A DNA stretch of 64,000 nt from the NCBI RefSeq assembly GCF_001194135.2, contig NC_068981.1, positions 65,187,795 to 65,251,794 of the forward strand, given 5' to 3'. Each line of letters opens with the position of its first letter. The stretch's first letter is position 1. The notes below the pieces were generated by a model. The model was not told the DNA's origin. It saw only the letters and a list, made by a program, of their open reading frames with translations, and searched no databases. The DNA comes from Octopus bimaculoides (lineage: Eukaryota). This document shows, one piece after another, positions 48,887 through 62,900 of the stretch. A program made the translations under genes and the position numbers.

Positions 48887-49100
48887 AGGTGGCGAGCTGG
48901 CAGAAACATTAGTACGCAGGACGAAATGCTTACCAGTATTTCGGCTGTCTTTATGTTCTGAGTTAAAATTTCGCCGAGGTCGATTTTGCCTTTCATCCTT
49001 TCGGGGTCGATAAATTAAGTACCAGTTGTATACTGGGGTTGATGTAACTGACTGGCCCCCTCCCCCAAAATTTTGAGTCTTGTGCCTAGAGTAGAAAAGA
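48887..49100 (+). mobile_element. tRNA-derived SINE family B (other copies ~7818-8030, 13258-13480, 19690-19910, 21808-22030)
   Basis: Head ggcgagctggcagaa...gttctgagtt..aatt.cgccgaggtcga; central gcctttcatcctttcggggtcgataaa. Confidence 0.75.
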
Positions 49101-49199
49101 ATATTTTATCGTTGGAAAATAGCCTAGAACAAAGATAAAACCCAGTGCAGTATATTCAAATCAGATTAATCTGCATTTATGGGGAGCCCACCCATCTTG

Positions 49200-49720
49200 T
49201 CCCTTTATGACTTTTTTTTTTTTTGAGACAACAGACCATAATTTTAGAGAGATTTGGCTGCTATTTCTAACAGCTCAAGGGTGCACAATGAGTTTGTTTT
49301 GTTGGTTGATCTGGAGACTGCACGTAAATGGCAGTGAAGCTGAGGGGTTGAAGAAAGAGGGTTTTGGTATAGGTTTGTTGAAGACATCCAAATTGGAGTT
49401 GGGAGTGATACAAGCAGCAAATGTAAGAGATTTTTCAAGCAGAAGTGCTAGTAACAGATCCATCTATGTTGAGGACCGGTGAGTTGGAAGATACTGCCAA
49501 ATTAGTAGATGGCAATTCTGTCTGCCAGAATTGTTGGTGATGATGGAATTCTTCCTTTGGAAAATATTATGAACATTGTTCTTTGTCTTTTTCTGCTGCT
49601 GCAGCACAGCTAAGGACTAACCACTTTGCTTGTTTGAGAAATGCAAAGCACCATGCTTTGAAGGGTGGTTTCATTTATTGTCTCATATTTCTAAGATTGG
49701 GGAATAGAAGAAAACACTTG
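49200..49720 (-). mobile_element. Decayed LINE ORF2 remnant (Jockey/CR1-like)
   Basis: EKSLTFAACITPNSNLD resembles a linker seen upstream of LINE RT domains. Confidence 0.4.
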
Positions 49721-49955
49721 TTGTCAGGAATAGCCAATGAACCTTTAATATAACCACTCAGTTAACTTTAAGTACTTAAGGAATTTGGAAAAACTGACAC
49801 GTGATGATGGGAAGATGAGATGCATTACTTTGGTCACACAGATTACATACAATCACATATATGCATGGATGGATGTATGTATGTTTGTATGTATGTATGC
49901 CCATATGTGTGTGTGCATGTGCATATGTGTTTGAGTGTGTATTATAATATATACA

Positions 49956-50282
49956 CAAGGTCTGATTGATAAGTATCAGATCTGTTGCTATAGCAACGAA
50001 AGTAAAGCACACAGAGTAAAGCCACTTGGCAAAGGTTGACCTTGAACTCTGCCGTGCATGTGCACTAAGTTTTAACATTCTCGCTTACTTACAATGCGAT
50101 GATTACACGCTACACACCTTCTTTCCAAGCACTGCTGTAAACAGCAGAAGTGAGCTAGAACGTTAAAACTCAGTGCTCATGCACAGCAGAGTTCAAGGTC
50201 AATCTGTGCCAAGAGGCTTCACTTTGCATGCTTTAGCTGTGTTACTATGGCAATAGTCCAGATACTTATTGATCAGGCCATG
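49956..50282. mobile_element. Mariner-type MITE with ~120-bp imperfect TIRs
   Basis: CAAGGTCTGATTGATAAGTATC... / ...GATACTTATTGATCAGGCCATG|TA; inner gttgaccttgaactctgc / gcagagttcaaggtcaat. Confidence 0.75.
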
Positions 50283-53200
50283 TATAAGTATATATATCTC
50301 ATGCCTGTGTAAGTGTATGTAGGTATGTTTTTCATTGTTTTTTTAGGTGGGGGGGGGGATCTTTTTTGAGATTTAAGTTCACAGAATTCAAACTGATCTC
50401 TGACAAAGTGACAAGGCTTCTTTCTTTGAGTAATGACAGATCCAGTAATTTAAGAATGAGTATTTGATTCTGAGTTAGAAAAGTTTATCAAGTCATGCCA
50501 AAGTTATGAACAGTCATAGTCACAACAACTGACTGCAGATAATGATAATGTATGTACTCATAAAATAGGAGTATATGTTGCTTTTGATATGATTGTGTAT
50601 GATTCTTTTTATGTATGTGTGTGTATATCATACATGAACGTATGTGCTTGTATGTATATGTTCATTCTATCAAACTCAAATGGAGATTCTTTGGAATATA
50701 TAACAAATCTTCACTGTATCACTGACTGAATGTATTCAGGGTATGAGAGTTGGTATACTTTGTTATTTCTTAGACAGTCCTATTGTTGCCAGGCTTTTAT
50801 GCAAATCTATTTGTACATTACTCCATGCATCATCATCATCATCCTTTGATGTCCAATTTCCATGTTGGCATGGATGGTCTATGATAATAAGTATAAATGA
50901 GAATCTGTAACTGAGACACAAGAGCTGACCTCCTCAACAGTGCATGACTTTTGTTCCTTCTGGTTTCACCAGTCCTCAGTCAAATCGTCCAACCCATGCT
51001 AGCATGGAAAGTGGACGTTAAATGACGACGATGACGACTGTAATGGTTTGTTATCAGATCTGTTGTATTTGCACAAATAGACTGTTCTTTTTATTAGAAT
51101 GACATTATAATAAAAATATGTGCCATGTATGTCTTTGCTAATATGTCAAGTGATTCTATTCCCAGTTTCTGTCCAAGTAGATTAGTCCAGTTACACTTGG
51201 ATCAACTGAAAGAACAGCTATCCACTCAGAGTATCTATTCAAGAGTTCTTCACATATCCAGGCAGTCTTTCCCATTTCTCTCTTTACTTTTCAAGTGGTG
51301 TTATCTGAGTAATGACTCAATGCAGCACTTAACTATTTGGACAGGCATTATACTTCTGACTTCCTTTTTTCATCTAACCTAAATTTTGTTCAGCTCACTA
51401 TTGATGTAGAAGATATCAGTTATGGTCAATATTTTCCTAGCTTTATTCTGCTGAGATTTATTTTGCCTTTCATCCTTTCAGAGTTGATGAAATAAATACC
51501 AGTTGAACACTGGGGTCAATGTAATCAACTCATTCCAACCCCAAAATTACTGACTGTGTCAAAACTTCTACCATTGATATCCAAGTTGTGGATCTCTTCA
51601 GTTGTCTGGTGTAGTATTCCAAATACTGGAACTAACATTGGTATTTCAAAAGGGGATATGAACTGCTCTGATTTCCATACCTTCCAAAATCTTCTGCAGC
51701 ATTTCTTCTTCACTCTAGGTTTTACTCACTTTATCAATGCATGTTACACTCTCATCAATACCCAAATACTTTTAGGTAGGAGAGACAGACAAACAAATGA
51801 TATTTCTATTCTTGTTAGTTCAACAATATTTCCTCAATTGACTACTAGCTATAAACAAATATCCTGGTCAAACTCAATTCTTATCTTGTAACCAGCTCTG
51901 TCTTTTGGTGTTATGAGTATATTCTAAATACAGCTTTTAGTAACAAAATGTCACTAATAAAATGACCAGTTTTTTCTTTAAAAATGTTTTAGCCAAGACA
52001 ATTCCAGGGATGTGTGAGCACATGAGTTAATGTGGAACTTTTCATTCAAAAAGCCAAGCAAACTTGGAGAATGGTGCTACAAAGATTTACAAGTTTCACA
52101 CAGAAATTTGATAGTTTTGGTAAAATTAAGATAACATTTTTAGTATGGCCATAATTCTGAGAAATTTAGGGCCTGTAGGTTTTAACCATTGAAATCAATA
52201 TACATGATAGCTCATTCATTTTAATTGGCACCTTCATTGACCAACATCCACTACAATTCTTAACTTCAAACTATATCTAGCCATTGCATCATATAAAAAT
52301 TCATCGGACCTCACGACCTACTGGCAGTTCAGATACATTGACTTAGCAAGATAAGTTGTCCCCTTTGATTTGCAAGCAAGAACTCATCTCTTTACATTTT
52401 ATCTCCATTTGTCATTGGTTTTATAGAGTGTTGTACATCATCATCATTTTAATGTCCACTTTTCCATGCTTGCATGGGTTGGCTGGAATTTGTTGAAGTA
52501 GATGCTCTTCCTCTTGCCAACCCTCACATGTGTCCAATTAAGGTAATGTTTCCCCATGACCAGACATGTTTACACAGTAGATTGTGGACAAAGGGTATCA
52601 CTTACATAATGTTGACACTCATTTATAACTATCCCGTGATGTCAAGGTAAGGAGACAGTAACACACACACACACACACACACACATGCGTGCACACCACA
52701 CACACATACACAAACAACAGGCTTCTTTCAGTTTCTGTGCACCAACTCCACCCACAGGGGTTTTAATAGAAGATACATACCCAAGATGCCATGCAGTGAG
52801 ACTGAACCTGAAATTTTGACACAAGGCCAGTAATTTCAGGGTGAAAATAATTACAACGACCACCCCACTGTGCACCTGGTACTCATTTTATCAACCCTGA
52901 AAGGATGAAAGGTAAAGTTGATCTCAGTAAGAATAAAGCTAGGAAAATATTAAACATCACTGCTATCTGCTACATCAACAGTGATACTAATGAAATCTTT
53001 GATTGGGAAGCAAACTTCTTACCACACAGCTACATCTGCACATGTTATACATTGATAAATATATATTCCCATGCACCAGTTATGAGCAGAAAATAACATA
53101 CATGTTATAGAGCAATAACTGCTTGTAGTACATTAGTCAACTAGTCTGACAAAGTGAAATTGGTTCATTCAAGAAGTGATACTTGCCCATCAAAAACAAT

Positions 53201-56200
53201 ACAGCCAGCACTGTGACTGGACAGCCAGGTGCCAACTAAGCCATGCTATTACAGAAAAGGAACATTTTAAAAACTTGTTACAACCACACAACATTTTTTG
53301 TTATATTTTCCCTCAAGGGAGAAAATGCCAAAAAAAGCCATATTTCAAAAGTGGATCCACATTAGGAGTTAGGTGCTAGATTACAAGAAACTGGAACTAA
53401 ATGAATAAAAGAGGAACTAGATTTAGCTCCAAGAGTTTTAAATTTGCAACATTGATTCCATGGGTTCAAATTCCATGGGTTCAAATTCCATGATGTTATT
53501 TCCATATGGTACTGCGTATGTTTTGCAGAACTGTGTTTTTTCTTATTCTTTTACTTGTTTCAGTCATTAAACTGCAGCCATGCTGGAGTACTACCGTGAA
53601 GAATTTTAGTCAAACAAATCGACCCTAGTACTTTTTTTTAAGCCTGGTACTTATTTATCTGTCTCTTTTGCTGAACTGCTAAGTTATAGGATGTAAGCAC
53701 ACCAACACTGATTGTCAAGCAGTGGTAGGGAGCAAACAAATACAAATACACACGCACACACACCAATATACAGTGGGTTTCTTTCAGTTTCCATCTGCCA
53801 AATCCGCTCAAAAGGCTTTGATTGGCCTGAAGCTATAATAGAAGACACTTGTTCAAGGAGCCATGCAATGAGACTGAACCCAGAACCATGCAGTCAGGAA
53901 GCAAGCTTCTTACCACACAGCTACACCTGCACCTAGATGGTAAGAAAAAAAGATATTGGTCTTGGTGATAAGCATTTATCTTGCAAGTTGAGTTTCTGTC
54001 TTTGTATGGTTTTGGAGGAAATGTTTATTAAGCAATTTTGCTTGTTATTGGAATGTGAGTGTTATTGTGACTTGTGATGTAGTGTGGCCATTATCATTTA
54101 GAGTTGTTAATACTGATAATTACTTTGTAAACTATTAAATATGCTTGTTTCGTGGTTTATCTTGCTGAGTAATGTTTGCCAATTTTCTGCATTCTTCTGG
54201 GTTTTTACTTTTTTATTTCTATCACTGTTTTCTTAATTAGTTACTTGTTCATGAGTTTCATTTCTGTCATTAATGTTGTTGTTGTTGTTGTTGTTGTCGT
54301 TATTGCCATCATCACCACCACTAACACTGTTGCTCATGATTAACCTAGATGAGTCTTGATTGTGCATTAAAGGCATTCCATCCATAATCATCCTGTCTTT
54401 TTTCCCCTGATTGTTTCTTTCCTTCATTTTTGTTCAAATATCTAAGACTACATCATCCAATGTGTCCTTCTTTTAAAACAAAAGGGTCTGATATGATAGG
54501 AATTGGGTTGTTATTTCTAATATGTTGAGTGATCATGTCAAGGTTTCTTTTTTGTTTTCAAAATTTTATTTCTGTAGTGTAGTATTTCAAGTTGCTCCTG
54601 GTTTATATCAGAATGGCAGTGTCTTGGGCACAATGCTGAATTTAAACTTGATGCAGCCTTAAGCTCTATTAAAGCTGAGTAGCCCCCTAATATGCTGGAG
54701 GGTATACAAAAAAAAAAAACGAAAACATATTGAAAGCACGAAAACTCATTTATCTTTCTGTAACATGTTTAGTTATGTCTAAACCTGGCACTGCATAAGC
54801 GATATATTTTTGGAACTTCTACAACTATTTTGTACACTATAGGAACTACACAATAATATTATGTTGATAAGCATTGTTTTGTTGAATTGTATAAACAGTA
54901 TTTCTGTCTCTTAGTGGAAGTGGTTCCATTGAGATTTTTGGAAATTTGTGAAGAGGTTTTTTTAAAAGATTATTTTATCCAGTTATGCGTAAGTGTGTTA
55001 CTATACTGATGATGTGTAGATGGTCATAATACTTGTGATGTCTTGTTTGCTGTGTAGTTATTGTATGTAGGTGTATGAATCAGAGAGTAGTATATGGGTT
55101 GGAATTACTGTAGTTAACTTGGTGAGGTATGTGAATATGTTGATGTGGCTGGTTTAGCCTTTGAAGAGAGTTTTAACTGTGTGATTCTATTGTTTCCTCT
55201 TGAATTGTCTGTATTGTTTTTGTATCGGGTGTATTGGATGCATTGAAGTATTCACTAATGATAATGTTTATTATTGTTGTTGTTGTTGCTGTTATAACTA
55301 TTGTTGTTTGGTCTCTGAGTTACATGATCAAAGAAACTTATGATCAAAGGTGCTGCAGCTATGGCCACCACATCTTTTGAATATCAGAAACTACATTATC
55401 TAGTGTGTCTGTTCTTCTTCTGGATGGTAGAATGTTATTTGAAGGAGAGTTGACTACTATTTCTAGTGTTCATGAAGTTATTCTAGCTCTGGGCTGGCCA
55501 ACTAGACTTTTATCTTACGGCCCATGTGATACTTTCTTGAAATGGGTTTACTTAAACAAACATTTAAAAAATTTTTTATCAAAAATTAAAGATTGTAATA
55601 AAAAATAAAAAAGAAAGATACTTCTGTTTTCACAATGATAATCTATAAGTAGTAATAAAGCAATAGCCTACAATTTTATAATTTTAAACAAACAAAAAGT
55701 ATAAAAAATTCTTGATTCTCTAATTTGATTATTTGACTGTTAGTACATAAAATATACAAGTGATCCTCAAAAAACTTTCTGTGATTAAAGTGGCCCACAG
55801 AGTAATTCGAGTTGGGCAGACCTGTTCTAGTTGGAGGGGAGTAGCTCAGTTACAAGGTTGGTGAGATTAATTATGACACACACACACACACGCACACGCA
55901 CACACACACACACACACACACATACATTCATTTATTTGTTTCAGTCATTTGACTGCAGCCATGCTGGAGCACTGCCTTCAATTGAACAAATTGCCCCCAG
56001 GACTTATTCTTTGTAAGCCTAGTACTTATTTTATCAGTCTCTTTTGGGGACATAAACACACCAACATTGGTTGTCAAGTGATGGTGGGGGAACAAATACA
56101 GACACACAAACATATACATATATATGTGTGTGTGTGTGTGTGTGTGTACACACACAACGGGCTTCTTTCAGTTTCTGTCTACCAAATCTACTCACAAGGC

Positions 56201-56344
56201 TTTGGTCAGCCTAAGGCTATAGTAGAAGACACTTGCCCAAGATGCCATGCAATGGGACTGAACCTGGAACCATATAGTTGGAAAGCAAGCTACTTACCAC
56301 ACAGCCATTCCTGTGTCTATATATATTGTAATTATATATATTAT

Positions 56345-56492
56345 AGTTATATTATATTATATTATATTATATTATATTATATTATATTATATTATATTAT
56401 ATTATATTATATTATATTATATTATATTATATTATATTATATTATATTATATCATATTATATTATATTATATTATATTATATTATATTATAT
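56345..56492. repeat. (ATTAT)n microsatellite
   Basis: Directly visible pentanucleotide array. The window also has many (CA)n, (TA)n, (CAT)n, (TATC)n (57830-57890) and (TATG/CATG)n (46715-46860) tracts. Confidence 0.95.
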
Positions 56493-56812
56493 TGTTTTTG
56501 TGTTCATTTCTATTTTGAATATCATGTTAAGTATTTGGGTGTCTTTAAGATATATGTTAAACGTAGGATTTTGTACAAGTTACAAGCATCTTTCTTCTGC
56601 ATCACTATATACGCCAGATAAACCAAGATAGATTTAGTCTGCTTTGGTTTATAATATGTGATTAGGAATAAAAGAGTTTCTGTAATGGGATACCAACATT
56701 ATTATTTTTTTGTATGATTGTAACATTAACATTGCGTTTGAAATTGAAGTTCTTAGTTCTGTAAAATTACTACGTTTTTTAAGGTTGCTATATTGCAGAA
56801 TGTGTGTGTGTG

Positions 56813-56850
<38 letters not shown>

Positions 56851-57828
56851 CGTGTGTGTGTGTTTAAGAGGCTGTATATTGGTTGTTGTTTAATCCTAAG
56901 TCAATCTTCATCAAGTAGATCTATGATCAAATGCACTCCCAGCTATAACCCTTCCATCTTTTTAGCTGTATCTAATATGCCTTTCTTATTTTAAGACAAT
57001 GTGTTTGCTAAGGGAGATTTGGCTGCTATTTCTACCATGTTAAACAACCATGTAGAAGCTCTCCATTTTTGTTGGTATTGCATGGTGTGCAACAGTAATG
57101 ATTTGTTTTAAAGCAAGGAGGAGGAAACTTTCATAGAAAGATAATGGTGATATTCCTATTTACTACACAATTTTGTGGTTGTTCAAGAAACATTAAAGAG
57201 CTTTTGTTCTCTATGTATATGGATGACAGCTTTAGGCTGTTTACTCTACTTTATTGGCATTATCTTTGTATGTCCACCTAGTTTGAGAGACAATACTTTA
57301 CATCCATTTAGACAAACCTTGACTGGAAGACAAAATATAATGAAAATGTCACCAAAACCTTGAAAGACCAGTGCTTAGCCGAAGCTTTATGTCTTTAAGC
57401 AGTTACAAGATAATCTAATTGATAAGAAACTGGTATATCGCAGTCAATATTCACAAAAGATCTAATGTCTATTCCCAATAGGTGGATAAACTGAGAGACA
57501 TAGACTTAAGTATATTGTCTAACTATTCAATGAAACATCTACAGGTGATTTGCACTGAATATTGATGAGGTGATGATGTAATATTGTTATTTATCTACTT
57601 ATTTCATTTATACTGACATGTGTACTGGGGATATTCACCGGAGATATTTGATTTCAAATATCATAGATTTGTGCTTGATAGGAAATACATTAAAAGAGAG
57701 CTTGTTCTATGGGGATGCATTATGAAAGAAAGGAAATTGGACTATGAGCTTATGATCACTGAAGTGGTCCAAATCCACTGTACTTTTGTAAACTGTGTGT
57801 ATGCAAACACAAACATATATATGTATGT

Positions 57829-57883
<55 letters not shown>

Positions 57884-58744
57884 CCTATCTGTCTATCTCT
57901 CTCTCTCTATATATATATTCATGAAAGTACTAGTTTCTTTTAATATGTATCATTCAAAGTGTACAGTATTGTATATATATCCATTATGGAGATATATATA
58001 TATATAAATGGAGTTAAATGCAGGTGCTATTCAAATTCTTTTACTTCCAACACATGTTTCGAAGGTATCACTGATATTATTCCAAAGGAATAAAATGGTN
58101 NNNNNNNNNNNNNNNNNNNNNNNNNNNNNNNNNNNNNNNNNNNNNNNNNNNNNNNNNNNNNNNNNNNNNNNNNNNNNNNNNNNNNNNNNNNNNNNNNNNN
58201 NNNNNNNNNNNNNNNNNNNNNNNNNNNNNNNNNNNNNNNNNNNNNNNNNNNNNNNNNNNNNNNNNNNNNNNNNNNNNNNNNNNNNNNNNNNNNNNNNNNN
58301 NNNNNNNNNNNNNNNNNNNNNNNNNNNNNNNNNNNNNNNNNNNNNNNNNNNNNNNNNNNNNNNNNNNNNNNNNNNNNNNNNNNNNNNNNNNNNNNNNNNN
58401 NNNNNNNNNNNNNNNNNNNNNNNNNNNNNNNNNNNNNNNNNNNNNNNNNNNNNNNNNNNNNNNNNNNNNNNNNNNNNNNNNNNNNNNNNNNNNNNNNNNN
58501 NNNNNNNNNNNNNNNNNNNNNNNNNNNNNNNNNNNNNNNNNNNNNNNNNNNNNNNNNNNNNNNNNNNNNNNNNNNNNNNNNNNNNNNNNNNNNNNNNNNN
58601 NNNNNNNNNNNNNNNNNNNNNNNNNNNNNNNNNNNNNNNNNNNNNNNNNNNNNNNNTGTTTATGACAAACTATGTTATTTTGCCAACCGAGTTTACAGAT
58701 AGAAGTACAAAGTACATAAGGAATTAGAGAATGAACAGAAGTTT

Positions 58745-58873
58745 AATCTTACAGCTGTTTCAGCCTAGCTTTGGCATGCCCCATTCTATCCGAATAGTTC
58801 TTGCCGGAATGATTATCGGATGAAATGTTGAAATGGGGTTACATGCATGAACCGCTAGGCCTGTTCAGAGATT
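58745..58873 (-). ncRNA. Type-I hammerhead ribozyme motif with long branched stem II
   Basis: AATCT-CTGAACA-GGCCTAGC...GCTAGGCT-GAAAC-AGCT-GTA-AGATT. Confidence 0.7.
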
Positions 58874-59422
58874 CACAAAGGGCCAGTCAGGCAGTACTGG
58901 CAATGGCCATGCTCAATTTGTGATTTTCATGTGCCACTTGCACAGGAGCCAGCCCAGCGGCACTGGCAACGACCTCACTCAAATGTTTTTTCATGTGACA
59001 CCAGCACAAGTGCCAGTAAGGCGATGCTGGTAACAAAGCGAAGCTGGTAACACCTGTGCAAAATTATACACATATACGTACAATGAGAGAGAGAGAGAGG
59101 AGGAGGGAGGGAGACAGAGAGAGAAATTACAATTTATTAATTGAACACAACTGACATAAATACTTTCCCTCTCCTCATACAGTTAAAGAAAAATATGTTC
59201 ACATGTAAACACAGAGAAAGGAGTTGGGAGAGAGCAAGAGAAGCATTAACCCTTTAGTGTTTAAACTGGCCATATTCGGCCCAAATATCCTATCTATTTT
59301 AAGTTCAAAATTGGGTAGATCTAGCTCCTCATACCTATCCTATAATGTGTTCATGAAAATAGATAATCACATCATCAAAATGTCGAAACTACACGATAAT
59401 GCATAATTAATTCAAAATCATG

Positions 59423-59917
59423 CATATGGACGAGGACAGCTGCACAAAGAAGTGTCAATCTCTAACTGTGGAGGGAATATGTGGAAGAGGTAGACCCAGG
59501 AAGACATAGGACAAGATGGTGAAGCATGATCTTCATATGTTGAGTCTCACAAAGGCAATGACAAATGATCAAGACCTTTGGCAATCTGTTGTGCTTGAGA
59601 AGACTCATCAAACCAAGTGAAATCGTAGTTGTGGACAGTGCCAGTGACATGTAAAAGGTACCCACTACATTAGAGTTTGATAACTCTAGTGCCACTACAG
59701 AATGAGATGATTAGGTATGGTTGTTTGGATGCTGGTGACAGGGACACAGAAAAGGTACCCACTACATTCTTGGAGTGGTTGACATTAGGAAGGGCATTTA
59801 GCCATAGAAACCAAGCCAAAATCACACTGGAGCCTGATACAGCTCTTTGGCTTACCTATTCCAGTCAAGCTGTCTAATCCATGCCAGCATGGAAAATAGA
59901 TACTAAATGATGATGAT
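59423..59917 (+). mobile_element. 5'-truncated RTE LINE (ORF2 end, 3'UTR, (GAT)n) inserted in MITE D (59250-59972)
   Basis: MDEDSCTKKCQSLTVEGICGRGRPRKT*DKMVKHDL...VVLEKT followed by the 3'UTR core. Confidence 0.85.
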
Positions 59918-62900
59918 AAGGTTGTGAATAGTTGAACATTGTATTTGACAGAGTAACCTAAATGCTAAAGTGTTAAAACGTCTGATATCAAATAAGTTAG
60001 CATTGAATCAGTGACACCAAGTATGCAGGGTTAAAACACCTCATACCCCCTGTCACCAATACCTTTGAGAAGAAGAATGGCAAAATATTGTTATTTCACT
60101 TCTAAGTGAGCACTACTTCATGAACTCCAGACAGCCGAGTCAACAACTGTGTTGAATCACTATACAAACTGTTGATGGACTTTGCCCTCAACCTATCTGT
60201 ATGTAAATATAATTGAGTACAGTGGGCATAATTTACGGCTGCTAATTAATTGCTGTAGGAAAACTGTATAACTGATGAATGTTTTGGTACTTTGCAGTAT
60301 GGAGTCCAGTTATTCATATATGAGACTGGAAAAATGTAACTGAAGCTTCACAGAATACTGGAAACCAATGATACTGCTTGATAATGGTGACTCTTGTTTT
60401 ACTACCATCATGTGATGTCAAAACAAGGAGACACAAACACATGCACATACATAAATACATACACACAAACATATATGCATACATGTATACATACATTTAT
60501 ACACACACACACACACATACAGTGGGCTTCTTTTATTTGTTGTCTATGAAATCCATTCACAGGACATTAATTGGCTTTGGTTGCTGAAAGTGCTGCACAG
60601 TAGGACTGAACTTGAAACCATGTAGTTGAGAAGCCAACTTCTTAACAACGCACCCACTGTATTAGAAAAATGTGTGCATGTGTGAGTGAAAAAAAAAGAG
60701 GAAATATTGATAGGTAACACTTTCTGAGTTGGATTAAAATAGACAAAATTTCACTTTTCCAAAAGATTTATGTATAGTAGAAATTTTGGATTTTTTAAAA
60801 CATTTTTAAGAAGTTGAAATAGTTTTGGTGTAACAGAATGTCTACCTCAAAATATTACTCCCAACTCAATGTTCCTGAAAGAAATGGATGGAATGATGCA
60901 AAATTTTAAATGTCTGTAAAAATGTTGACTTTTCACAGTAGAAACCTTGAAATTTCATCATCATCATCGTCGTTTAACATCTGCTTTCCATGCTAGCATG
61001 CGTTGGACAATTTGACTGAGGACTGGTGGACACCAGGCTCCAATCTGATTTGGCAGAGTTTCTACAGCTGGATGCCCTTCCTAACGCCAACCACTCCGAG
61101 AGTGTAGTGGGTGTTTTTATGTGCCACCGGTACGAGGGCCAGTCAGGCGGGTACTGGCAACGGCCACGCTCGAAATGGTGTATTTTATGTGCCACCTGCA
61201 CAAAGGTCAGTCCAGGGGCACTGGCAACGATCTCGCTCGGATGTCTTACTGGCAAAGGCCACACTCAAAATGGTGTATTACATGTCACTTGCACAGGAGC
61301 CAGTCCATCGGCACTGGCAACGATCGCGCTCGAAGTTTATCTAACAAATATAGAATCTAGGAAAATATCTGATCATGTGTAGATATAAGACTATGAATAA
61401 TTCTCAAAATATTTGATACTTTCTGTGATGGATGTAAGTGACCAGAATTCAACATTTCTGACAAGTCTGCATATAATAAAAATTATGGAATTTTGAATAT
61501 TCAAGAAGTTGAATTTTTTTCTTATTGAACAGAAGCACATTATCTTTCTAAAATCTAGTGCTGTTACTTTTGGCATTGCCATGTCAGTAATTTTAAAGCA
61601 ATTTGACATTAAGCTATCCAGCTTAATGTCCAAGTTTTGATATTTTTAACAGGTAGGGTATTAATGAAAATGTTGATTTCCACATGAAAGAAGTTGAAAA
61701 TTATCTATTGTAGCAAATATAGAATCCATTAGAAAAATATCTAAACATGTTTGGATGCAAAACAATATAAAATTCTCAAGATATTTGACACTGAAAACAA
61801 AATAACAAAACGCTGCATCTCTAAATCCTCTAATCCTAATCAATTTTTGACAAAAAAAAATTTAACCAAGAAAATAATTTTTAATAAAAAAGTCTATATT
61901 TTTTTAGTTTTAAGTTTTTGTAGCATATTCTTAATCTTTGAAATTCAAATCATTGAAATGTGAAGATTGCCATTTGTTTAGTCTTTTTTTTTTTAATGAC
62001 ATGGAAAAAAAATGTAGCATTGTGTTTAAACATGCACACAGTTTTAATATGATCTGTTGAAGAATACAATCATTATTTTAGGCCATATGTGTTTTATATG
62101 AGTGTTTGTAATTTTTTTAGGCTTCCCAGATATTTTTATTTCCCTATTGTTTTTCTGGTGTCAAATAGAGGAAGTAGACTGCTTCTTATTCATTAAAGAT
62201 ACACCAATAACTGAGGAATGTATTATTACACAGAAATTTATAAGAACAACTGTCATAGGGTAACCGTTTTTGAAGCCAACTGATTGCATTTATGTCTTTA
62301 ACAACAAATATATGTAACAAGAGACTTATCAATTTGTTACTGTGTACACTAAATGGCAATTCTACTGCTTATTGCACTATTGTTTTTCTCTTTAATGACA
62401 AGATTCACTTCAATTTCCATATGTTTTGATTATCTGATTTTATTGGTGTTATCTTTTCTTCTTTTTATATTTTGATTTTACACACCCTGGTAGAGATTTT
62501 GCTTATTAATTGCATGGATAAGCTCAATTAATCGAAGTTGTTATAGAACGTGTAATTCCCTGGCACATAGCTTAGTGGTTAGAGGTATTCAGCTCACGAT
62601 CATAAGTTTATGAGTTCAATACCTGTTCATTTGGCAAAAATGAGTTGTACCTGTATTTCAAAGGGCCAGCCTTGTCACACTCTGTGTCACACTGAATCTC
62701 CCTAAGAACTATGGTAAGGATATGCATATCAGCAGAGTACTCAGCCACTTATGTGCTAATTTCATGAGCAGGCTGTTCCATTGATCAGATCGACTGGAAC
62801 CTTTATTCATCATAATCAATGTAGTGCCAGGTTTGTGGAACATTCTCCTAAGGTACTTCACTTCAATCATACTGTCATTTGTTTTAGTTGTTGTTTTGTT

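Noticed and set aside
55949-56621. 189-aa and 102-aa ORFs
   Set aside because: They read through a SINE and the (ATTAT)n tract.
58048-58070. Minus-strand CCTTC-GAAAC-ATGTG, a possible hammerhead 3' half
   Set aside because: The triplet ends in G and no 5' core is visible before the adjacent N-gap.
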